Assembly (NCBI GenBank): GCA_964484565.1
Contig: CAZAGG010000003.1
Span: 7,169-71,168 of the forward strand
DNA: 64,000 nt
Source of the DNA: an uncultured Rickettsiales bacterium
GTDB taxonomy: Bacteria > Pseudomonadota > Alphaproteobacteria > Rickettsiales > CAZAGG01
Reading direction: 5' to 3'
Shown here piece by piece: positions 56,198-64,000 of this stretch (its first letter is position 1; every line of letters begins with the position of its first letter). Both the position numbers and the translations under genes were made by a program. The notes below the pieces were generated by a model, which was not told the origin of the DNA, did no database searches, and was given only the letters and a program-made list of their open reading frames with translations.

Positions 56198-57177
56198 TGT
56201 TAGCATATATCCTAGCAGCGGCAGTATTTATAACGGTTCTTACACTCTCTCTATTCATTGGCAAGAGCTGGATAAATTCTGGCTCAAGCAAGAGAATGAG
56301 CAAGGTTTTAAGCAAGATTCACGAAGAAACTGACTCAACTTATTATAAAACCCATGTTTCTGAAGTCTCAGTTTTCAGGCAAAATGCACTAGATGACTCT
56401 GAGGGCTTCTCAAGATTACTTAAAAAGATACCGGGTTTTGAAAACCTATACGATAAGTCGATAAAAGCTGGATTGAAAGTATCAGGCGAACGCTTCTTTC
56501 TATATCTCGTTGCTTTTTTTGCTATCATTCTGATACTTTGCCTGCAATTTGGGTTTGGTGAAATATCTTTTATATTTGCACTTGCGGGAACATTAATACT
56601 TCCAAAGATGTATCTTGCCTCAAAAATTAAGGGCAGGAACGATAAATTCATCGAACAATTTCCCGATGCTCTCGACATGATAGTTAGGAGTGTTAGATCA
56701 GGCCATCCACTTAATGCTGCGCTTAGAATGATTGCTGAAAATATGCCTGCTCCTGTTGGCCCAGAATTCAGGCAAGTTGTTGATGAAATTGCTTACGGCC
56801 GAACCATGACCGAAGCCTTATATCGACTTGCTGGAAGGGTCGGAGAAGCAGATATTAATTTCTTCGTTGTGGTTTTAGTGGTTCAGCAAGAAACTGGTGG
56901 TAATCTATCTGAAGTTTTAAGCAACCTATCTAATATCATTAGAAAGAGAAAACAATTACGCCTTAAAATTAAAGCGATTACGTCAGAAGCACGCATTACA
57001 GCATGGATTCTTGGCTCACTGCCATTCTTGTTATTAATTGTTTTGCACTTGCTAACACCCGGTTATTTGGATCCTCTATTTGAAAAAGATTCAGGGAAAA
57101 TTCTTCTCGCCATTTCAATATCGATGGTGGCGGCATGCGCGATGATTGTTAAGAAGATGATTAATATAGATATATAG
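56197..57177 (+). CDS. tadB: Tad pilus inner-membrane platform protein TadB
   Basis: 326 aa, T2SSF-like. TAATG overlap with cpaF. Confidence 0.85.
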   Translation: MLAYILAAAVFITVLTLSLFIGKSWINSGSSKRMSKVLSKIHEETDSTYYKTHVSEVSVFRQNALDDSEGFSRLLKKIPGFENLYDKSIKAGLKVSGERFFLYLVAFFAIILILCLQFGFGEISFIFALAGTLILPKMYLASKIKGRNDKFIEQFPDALDMIVRSVRSGHPLNAALRMIAENMPAPVGPEFRQVVDEIAYGRTMTEALYRLAGRVGEADINFFVVVLVVQQETGGNLSEVLSNLSNIIRKRKQLRLKIKAITSEARITAWILGSLPFLLLIVLHLLTPGYLDPLFEKDSGKILLAISISMVAACAMIVKKMINIDI

Positions 57178-57196
57178 ACAAAATAAGTAATGAACT

Positions 57197-58165
57197 ATGC
57201 AAATTGAAGCAATAATAATAGCAGCAATCACAGGTTTGATAATCCTTTCACTAGGAATTATGCTGCTTAATCTAACATCTGGCAGAAAAAATGTTAGCTA
57301 CCGCGTCGGCAAGATAGCTCAGACACTAAATAAACAAAAAACCGAAGAAGAATATAATCAAGATTTATACTACCCTGAAGAAAAGATTTCAGGAACAACG
57401 GCAACGCTCAAGAGAATTCTTGAGTTGTTTGGAATCAGCACAAGAAAATATGAGTCTTTAGTTCAGTTAAGATTTGCTCAAGCTGGAATATATTCTCCTG
57501 ATGCGATTATTTATTATGTATTCATGAAAAAATTCGGCTTACCGATTGCAATTTTAGTTGCGATAATCTTAATCAGCGGTGAAAGCACAGGGTTAATGCG
57601 GGCATTAGGCATGATGTCTGCTTTCTTTGTCGTAATTTTTGGTCTTATTGGTGCAGATTTATATCTTAAAAATCGCAAGGATAAAAGGCAGGTCATTCTT
57701 CAACGTTCATTTCCTGATGCTCTTGATTTAATTCTAGTCTGCGTTGAATCTGGCCTTGCTCTTGACGCTGCGCTTGCAAGGGTTACGAGAGAACTTGAAC
57801 ACGCCCATCCAGAAATAACTAAGGAACTTAATAAAACCAGAATGGAATTAACTCTTTTAAACGACCGCCCAAGAGCTTTGCAGAACCTTGCCGAAAGAAC
57901 TGACTTAGTTCCATTCAAAGCGTTGGTTGGTGCGTTATTACAGTCTGAAAGATTCGGAACCAGCCTTACCGAAACCTTGAGAGTCCTCTCAGATGATTAT
58001 CGACACACTCGCTTGATGCTCGCAGAACAAAAGGCTGGAAGGCTACCTGCTCTTATGACTATACCTATGATGATGTTGATGATGCCAGCATTCGTAATAA
58101 TAATAATGGGACCTGCTATACTTTCATTCCTTGATGTGTGGAATCAAAGTGGCCCAGCTAACTAG
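57197..58165 (+). CDS. tadC: Tad pilus inner-membrane platform protein TadC
   Basis: 322 aa, T2SSF-like, paralogous to TadB. Confidence 0.85.
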   Translation: MQIEAIIIAAITGLIILSLGIMLLNLTSGRKNVSYRVGKIAQTLNKQKTEEEYNQDLYYPEEKISGTTATLKRILELFGISTRKYESLVQLRFAQAGIYSPDAIIYYVFMKKFGLPIAILVAIILISGESTGLMRALGMMSAFFVVIFGLIGADLYLKNRKDKRQVILQRSFPDALDLILVCVESGLALDAALARVTRELEHAHPEITKELNKTRMELTLLNDRPRALQNLAERTDLVPFKALVGALLQSERFGTSLTETLRVLSDDYRHTRLMLAEQKAGRLPALMTIPMMMLMMPAFVIIIMGPAILSFLDVWNQSGPAN

Positions 58166-60680
58166 GGAAAATCTAAAAGAACGCTTCCTTTCAAGACAAA
58201 TAGGCGCAAATGAAGCCTCTAAAATTCTTGCAAATATTACCGATAAGCAAATAAATAAAATCGCCGATTCTTTTTTTCTATCAGGTGAATACAAACCAAA
58301 TGGAATCTGCCTTGTTGCAACAGGTGGATATGGAAGACATGAACTAGCCCCCTACTCTGATATTGATTTGTTATTCATTTACGACAAGTCAAATGCCCAG
58401 AAAACAACCGAGAAATTTGCAGAAACAGTTCTATACCCTCTTTGGGATCTTAAGCTGAAGGTTGGCCACGCAATCTTAAATGTCAAAGATGTTCAAAACA
58501 TGGCTAGAAGTAATTTATCAAGCCACACAGCATTTCTTGATGCACGAGCAATATATGGTGATAGAGCCACCTTTAGCAGAATGCAAAAAGAGCTTGAGGA
58601 AATTAGAACCAAAGATGGAGTTGCAGCATTTATAGAAGCAAAGCTAACTGAAAGAAATAATCGACATATCAAACTCGGTGATTCGAGATATTTTCTCGAA
58701 CCCAACATAAAAGAAGGTAAGGGAGGAATAAGAGATCTTCAAACTCTTTACTGGATATTGAAATATGCTTATCCAACTTCATCGATAGAAGATATTGTAA
58801 AACAGAAACTTTTATTCTCAGATGAAGCAAAGCTCTTTCATAAGTGTCATAATTTCTTGCTTAGACTTAGGTTCAATCTTCACTACGCTGCTATGCGGGG
58901 TGAAGAGAGATTAACTTTTGATATTCAAAAACAAATTGCCTCATGCATGAACTTTAGAGGTAATGACGAAGAAAACGAACCAGTAAATCGACTGATGCAA
59001 CGATATTTTCTTTGCACAAGAGATATTGCAAATTTAACTAGGTCTGTATGCTCTATGTTAGAATCGCAAGGGCTTAGGGATGTTAAACATAATATTCCTA
59101 AAGCTCTACCTACAATTGGTAAATTCCCAATAATATCAGGTAGAATCGCTCTCGGTGCAAATTTTTCTGATATAGAAATGATGATGATTTTTGAAGTTGC
59201 CGAGAAAAATAATATCGATATTCATCCATCCGCACTTAGAACTATCAATCGCAATCTAAATCGAATCAAATTCCTTCGTAAAAACGATCAGGCCATCAAC
59301 TCTTTTCTAAATATTCTAACAGGACAAAAAAGACCTGCCGACACATTACGATTGATGAACGAAACAGGCGTAATTGCAGCATTCATTCCTGAATTTCGCA
59401 ACATAGTATGCAAAATGCAATATGACAGATTTCACGCATTCACCGCCGATGAACATACCTTCACTGCCATTAATGTAATTCATCTGATCAAAAACTGTGC
59501 ACTTTCTGAAGAACATCCTCTGGCTACCCAAATAATAGATTGCATTGACGATTATAAAGTTCTCATGCTTGCCATGCTTCTGCACGATATAGGTAAAGGC
59601 TCTGAAGAAGGCCAAACACATGCAGGAAAAAAACTAGCCGAAAAAATAGCTCAAAGACTCAACTTAAACATTGAAGATTCAAGTTTTATAGGCTGGCTTG
59701 CTGAAAATCACCTACTCATGAGTGACACGGCATTTAGGCGAGATCTAGACGATCCAGAAACTATTCGAGACTTTATCGCTCACTTCAAAAACCAACGTAA
59801 TCTCGATTATCTCTTTATGATAACCGTTGCAGATATCAAAGCTGTTGGTCCAAGCGTTTGGAATGAATGGAAAGCCTCTCTTCTCAGAAAGCTGTATTGG
59901 GAATCTGAAAAGATGATGAGCGAAGGTGGAAAAAATCTTGGCAGCAAAGCACTAATTCGCACTATTAAATATGATATTGCAAAGCAACTTAGTGAATTTG
60001 ATGCAGATAAAATTACAGAACTCCTTGCCGCCACTCCAGAGAACTTATTACTCAGCTTCAGCCCCGAAAAAGCGGCTATAGCAATTAGAATGCTTGATAA
60101 GATAAATTCTGGTGAGGCAAAGATTGATATAAAATTTAGTGAAAGAGATAAACTAGCAACCGAAGTTTTTATATCGTGCCAAGATAGAGAAGGGTTATTT
60201 TCAGATCTAACCGCAATAATTGCAATTAATAGCGCTAACATTCTTAGTGCTAAGGCCTTCACGACTGCAAATGGAATAATTATCGATTATTTTCTAATTC
60301 AAGATGCATCAAGCAAATCATTTTCTGATATTCAAAAAGCAGAACGCATCACGCAAATGATTGAAGATATGATTGAAGGCAAAATTAACCCATCTAAAAT
60401 GATAGAGTCATACGACGGTGGAATTTTTAAAACCAATATTAATCATACAAATATCAAAAACAAAATCTCAATCACCAGAAAAGATGACTATATAATTGCG
60501 GAAATAAGCGGTGAAGATAAGGTGGGATTCCTTCATAGCTGTGCAGAGCGAATCAATAATGCAGGCTTTAATATTCTCACAGCGCATATTTCTACACACG
60601 GCAACCTCGCAATTGATGTATTTTACATCACACCCAAAACACCAGAAAATATTGAGGAGAAAATAAGCTCTCTTGCTTAG
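58134..60680 (+). CDS. glnD: [protein-PII] uridylyltransferase / uridylyl-removing enzyme
   Basis: Nucleotidyltransferase motif [20 protein letters not shown] domain LLHDIGKG and two C-terminal ACT domains. The start is uncertain (TTG 58131, ATG 58134 or GTG 58149), and the first two options overlap tadC. Confidence 0.9.
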   Translation: MCGIKVAQLTRENLKERFLSRQIGANEASKILANITDKQINKIADSFFLSGEYKPNGICLVATGGYGRHELAPYSDIDLLFIYDKSNAQKTTEKFAETVLYPLWDLKLKVGHAILNVKDVQNMARSNLSSHTAFLDARAIYGDRATFSRMQKELEEIRTKDGVAAFIEAKLTERNNRHIKLGDSRYFLEPNIKEGKGGIRDLQTLYWILKYAYPTSSIEDIVKQKLLFSDEAKLFHKCHNFLLRLRFNLHYAAMRGEERLTFDIQKQIASCMNFRGNDEENEPVNRLMQRYFLCTRDIANLTRSVCSMLESQGLRDVKHNIPKALPTIGKFPIISGRIALGANFSDIEMMMIFEVAEKNNIDIHPSALRTINRNLNRIKFLRKNDQAINSFLNILTGQKRPADTLRLMNETGVIAAFIPEFRNIVCKMQYDRFHAFTADEHTFTAINVIHLIKNCALSEEHPLATQIIDCIDDYKVLMLAMLLHDIGKGSEEGQTHAGKKLAEKIAQRLNLNIEDSSFIGWLAENHLLMSDTAFRRDLDDPETIRDFIAHFKNQRNLDYLFMITVADIKAVGPSVWNEWKASLLRKLYWESEKMMSEGGKNLGSKALIRTIKYDIAKQLSEFDADKITELLAATPENLLLSFSPEKAAIAIRMLDKINSGEAKIDIKFSERDKLATEVFISCQDREGLFSDLTAIIAINSANILSAKAFTTANGIIIDYFLIQDASSKSFSDIQKAERITQMIEDMIEGKINPSKMIESYDGGIFKTNINHTNIKNKISITRKDDYIIAEISGEDKVGFLHSCAERINNAGFNILTAHISTHGNLAIDVFYITPKTPENIEEKISSLA

Positions 60681-61942
60681 ACTATCGCTTTAAGTCCGCC
60701 CATGTAGGGTATCAAAGCATCAGGAATCTGGATAGTGCCATCAGAGTTTTGATAATTTTCTAAAATTGCAACTAACGTTCTTCCAACCGCAAGGCCTGAG
60801 CCGTTTAAGGTGTGCACAAATCTAGTTTCTTTATCACCTGTTTTTCTGGTTCTCGCTTTCATTCTTCTTGCCTGAAAATCGCCGCAGTTTGAACAGCTTG
60901 ATATTTCACGATATTTATTTTGTGATGGAAGCCAAACTTCAATGTCATAGGTTTTTGTCGCAGAAAATCCCATATCACCTGAACACAGCAACATTACCCT
61001 GTATGGAAGCTCTAGCCTTTTTAATATCTCCTCAGCCGCACTAAGCATTCTTTCATGCTCTGATTTTGATTGTTCTGGACTAGTGATACTTACCAGTTCA
61101 ACCTTGCTAAACTGGTGCTGACGAATCATACCTTTAGTGTCTCTGCCTGCAGATCCAGCCTCCAATCTGAAACATTGTGTCCAAGCTGTAAATCTAAGTG
61201 GCAACTCCTCTTCATTAATTATTTGCTCTCTCACTAAATTAGTAAGACTAACCTCAGCAGTTGGAATCAGCCAATGTTCGCCATTTGTTTTAAAAAGATC
61301 TTCACTAAATTTAGGCAACTGACCCGTTCCAAATAAAGCATTATCTTTCACTAGTAACGGCGGGGAAACTTCAGTATATCCAAACTCTGATGAGTGAATA
61401 TCAAGCATGAAATTTCCTAACGCTCTTTCTAGCTTTGCAATAGATGATGTGAGAAATGTAAAGCGCGCACCTGAAATTGCAGCCGCTTTTTCAAAACTTA
61501 TCATTCCAAGATTTTCGCCAAGTTCTCCATGTTCCTTGACCGCAAAGGGATAAGATTTAACCTCGCCGACCTTTTTAATTTCGACATTTTCATCTTCTCC
61601 ACCACCTAGCGGAACAGAGTCATCTGGAAGATTGGGAATTTGTAAAAGAGCATTTTCAAGAGCTTTTTCAGCTTCTTTTTTCTCTTCAATATCTTTAATA
61701 CGCTGATTAACCTCTTCAGCTTCTTGCATTAATTGAGAGGCATCGAGTCCATTCTTCTTTGCAATACCAATTTCTTTAGCAATTGCATTTCTTCTTTGTT
61801 GCAAGGTTTGCATCTCTGAAAGCGCTGTTCTTCGCGCTTCATCTAATGCAATTAAGTTGGCAGAAGAAGCTGCTAATCCTCGTTTTTTAAGAGCAGAATC
61901 AAATTGCTCAGGATTTTCTCGTATCCATTTTATATCAAGCAT
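60677..61942 (-). CDS. serS: seryl-tRNA synthetase
   Basis: 421 aa. N-terminal coiled-coil arm followed by the class II core motifs. Confidence 0.95.
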   Translation of the reverse strand: MLDIKWIRENPEQFDSALKKRGLAASSANLIALDEARRTALSEMQTLQQRRNAIAKEIGIAKKNGLDASQLMQEAEEVNQRIKDIEEKKEAEKALENALLQIPNLPDDSVPLGGGEDENVEIKKVGEVKSYPFAVKEHGELGENLGMISFEKAAAISGARFTFLTSSIAKLERALGNFMLDIHSSEFGYTEVSPPLLVKDNALFGTGQLPKFSEDLFKTNGEHWLIPTAEVSLTNLVREQIINEEELPLRFTAWTQCFRLEAGSAGRDTKGMIRQHQFSKVELVSITSPEQSKSEHERMLSAAEEILKRLELPYRVMLLCSGDMGFSATKTYDIEVWLPSQNKYREISSCSNCGDFQARRMKARTRKTGDKETRFVHTLNGSGLAVGRTLVAILENYQNSDGTIQIPDALIPYMGGLKAIV

Positions 61943-62726
61943 CTAAAGAAACCTCTGAAGGGGTTATAAATCTACATATTAAAATCGAAACTTCGTATAA
62001 TATAAGAAGTGGTAAAGCCAGAGAAATTTGACTGATAACATCTGGCGGAGTCAATATCGCTGCAACTAAAAATATAATCACAATCGCGTATCTTCTAAAA
62101 CTTTTTAATTTATCAGGAGTTACAAGCCCCACCTTAGCCATTAGGGTTAAGATTACAGGGAGTTGGAAGGCCAAACCAAAAGCAATAATTAGTTGCATCA
62201 CCAAACCCAAATATTCGCTTACTCGTGCTTCAAGATGAACTGGAAGCGTTGAAGCCCCACCCACACTTTCAAAACTAATAAAAAATTGCCATGCCACAGG
62301 AAAAACAAAACTATAAGCAAACCAAGCCCCTATAGCAAATAATATTGGAGATACAATAAGATAAGGCAAAAATATCATTTTCTCCTTTTTATACAGCGCA
62401 GGCGATATAAACATATAAATCTGGCTTGCAATAACTGGAAAGCTAATAGTGAAAGCCGCAAAGAATGAAACTTTCATATATGTAAAGAATGCCTCTGTAA
62501 GACCTGTGTAAATTAGTCTTCTATCTTCACTTCCCGATAGTTCTGCAAGCGGCCTTACCAAAAAAGCATAAATCTGCTCTGCATATAAATATGAGAATAT
62601 AAACGCGCCTAAGAAAAATAAAGAAGCTATAGCCAAGCGTTTTCTAAGCTCAACCAAATGCTCAATTAGAGTCATCTCAGCATTGCTATTGTTGTTATGA
62701 TTTTTATTTTCTTCAGAAGCCATCAT
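61935..62726 (-). CDS. tatC: twin-arginine translocase subunit TatC
   Basis: 263 aa with six TM segments. [14 protein letters not shown] is the typical TatC N-terminus. Confidence 0.9.
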   Translation of the reverse strand: MMASEENKNHNNNSNAEMTLIEHLVELRKRLAIASLFFLGAFIFSYLYAEQIYAFLVRPLAELSGSEDRRLIYTGLTEAFFTYMKVSFFAAFTISFPVIASQIYMFISPALYKKEKMIFLPYLIVSPILFAIGAWFAYSFVFPVAWQFFISFESVGGASTLPVHLEARVSEYLGLVMQLIIAFGLAFQLPVILTLMAKVGLVTPDKLKSFRRYAIVIIFLVAAILTPPDVISQISLALPLLILYEVSILICRFITPSEVSLDA

Positions 62727-64000
62727 CTATATTTTTCACAGAGTTATGTCGCTCTATTGTAATAAGATTATTTTTTGCCATCCAAATCAAGGCTCTGATT
62801 AGATTGTTACTACCAAGTTTTTGGAACTTATCATTTTTCAACAAATCCCCTGCTTTAACTCCACCTTTTGAGCTTGCCTGAATTTCTATTAGCAATTGTT
62901 CCATTGCTTCATAGCCAATGATGATTCCAAAATTATTTAGAGGATGCATTCTAAATATCTTCAGATTATCTGCACTCATACCTTGAATAACCGTAATCTT
63001 ATCAGATGGTTTAAGCACACTTGTTGGATAAGTTGCAAATAAAGCGAATGGATCATCATACATCGGAACTGGGTGGAATCCTTTAACAGGTTTTGCGGTT
63101 TCATTCGCTGACTTTCTTATCTTGGCAAGTTCTGACCATAACTCTTCATATTTTCCTACCACAACCTTCCAGTCATATTCCTCTATTGCTCTTTTCTTAG
63201 CGGATTCACCCATTTTTAGCCTTAGAGAATCATTAGTTGCAAGTTTCACAAAAGCTCTTGCTGCTGCCTGAGTGTCGACACTTACAGAGAGGCAAGAATT
63301 TGCACAATACATGTCATAATTATCTATAGAATTCTCATATCTGAAACTTAAATCTTCTCCACCGCCTGCAGGTGGCATTATCGTGGGAATTCTATAACCA
63401 TCAACCGAATCTCTGACTGTATCTTTATATCCATCCCAATCTGAAACAACAACGGGAAGACCAGCAGCCATTGCCTCAACTGGCGTTAGACCAAACGTTT
63501 CTTGAATATTATCAGAAAGTGAGCAAAAAATATCTGCCGCGTGCCACACTTCTGACCTTATTTTCTTATTACGTCCATCCAAATAATGACACTTAACTGA
63601 TGGGCAAAACCTTGCAGCACCATCTTTAAAGGCATTTTCAATATGCTCATTTGCAAACCAACCAGCTTGTATTAGATGAAATTTCTTATCACAATTTTTC
63701 GCCGCAATTTCTAGAGCTTGATACATCGGCATGGGATGAGCCTTCGCATGAAAGCTAAGACGACCCATAAATAAAACAACTATATCTGAATCGTTTATAT
63801 TCAAACTTTTTCTGATTGAATTTCTTACATCATTTTTATTTGCAACATTAAGCAAAGGAACATCGACACCAAGCGGAATGATAGGAAGTTGCATATCAGG
63901 GCGAGCTTTAATTTTGCCGCCAAATCTTGACTTTAAGTATTCGCCATAAGTTGCATATATATGCTCAAATGTAGCCTTAACAGATTTTGAAGTGCATATA
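62713..64000 (-). CDS. family 1/4 glycosyltransferase; N-terminus runs off the window
   Basis: GLTPVEAMAAGLPVVVSDWDGYKDTV is the GT-B E-x7-E region. By my own translation (...FEHIYATYGEYLKSRFGGKIKARPDMQLP...) the frame stays open upstream of the track's Met to position 64000. Confidence 0.8.
   Translation of the reverse strand, partial: ICTSKSVKATFEHIYATYGEYLKSRFGGKIKARPDMQLPIIPLGVDVPLLNVANKNDVRNSIRKSLNINDSDIVVLFMGRLSFHAKAHPMPMYQALEIAAKNCDKKFHLIQAGWFANEHIENAFKDGAARFCPSVKCHYLDGRNKKIRSEVWHAADIFCSLSDNIQETFGLTPVEAMAAGLPVVVSDWDGYKDTVRDSVDGYRIPTIMPPAGGGEDLSFRYENSIDNYDMYCANSCLSVSVDTQAAARAFVKLATNDSLRLKMGESAKKRAIEEYDWKVVVGKYEELWSELAKIRKSANETAKPVKGFHPVPMYDDPFALFATYPTSVLKPSDKITVIQGMSADNLKIFRMHPLNNFGIIIGYEAMEQLLIEIQASSKGGVKAGDLLKNDKFQKLGSNNLIRALIWMAKNNLITIERHNSVKNIDDGF

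Noticed and set aside
58131-58165. glnD/tadC overlap as evidence of a fused or frameshifted gene
   Set aside because: The overlap depends on choosing the most upstream TTG or ATG. An in-frame GTG at 58149 shortens it, and the N-terminal length before the GGYGRHEL motif is normal for GlnD with any of these starts.

Overview
This is a gene-dense, AT-rich chromosomal segment with about 60 CDS and one tRNA-Thr(CGU). The gene content suggests an alphaproteobacterium by inference: NtrY, a CpaB-TadC Tad pilus block, class II DAHP synthase, PccAB, RNase E with an insertion in the S1 domain, adjacent ispD/ispF, and GlnD. Most of the window is ordinary housekeeping. That includes aromatic amino-acid genes (DAHP synthase, pheA, aroK, aroB, phhA), serA, hisG, guaA, serS, rpsD, rne, tatC, bfr, mgtE, ispB, xerD and comEC. 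I found no CRISPR array, no transposase or phage integrase, no rRNA, and no recognisable defence system. Two linked observations merit follow-up. (1) A roughly 60-bp repeat occurs three times. It has a 36-bp identical core with a sigma70-like promoter, and each copy begins inside the last codons of an ORF (...G-T-V/I-S-stop). Two copies form a perfect 24-bp inverted repeat around a 227-bp segment at about 47.05-47.33 kb, which could be an inverton or a MITE-like element. The third copy sits on the ntrY stop codon and appears to drive a 510-aa orphan gene. (2) Directly upstream of that inverted repeat lies a tightly coupled operon of unknown His/Cys-rich membrane and secreted proteins (44.6-47.1 kb). 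It follows a Wzt-type ABC ATPase that has no permease partner. Smaller oddities are as follows: ispD/ispF are split at a TTT_TAG site that could allow a +1 frameshift. There is an orphan FlgC-like gene next to an RTX serralysin with no T1SS genes. Three foreign ORFs, including a DUF4160/DUF2442 pair, are wedged between pccB and pccA. cyaY sits in an operon with an ABCB-type exporter. ntrY has no ntrX. The Tad locus lacks pilin and prepilin peptidase genes. Several large orphan proteins have no assignable family. All functional calls come from reading the translated sequences; no database search was run.
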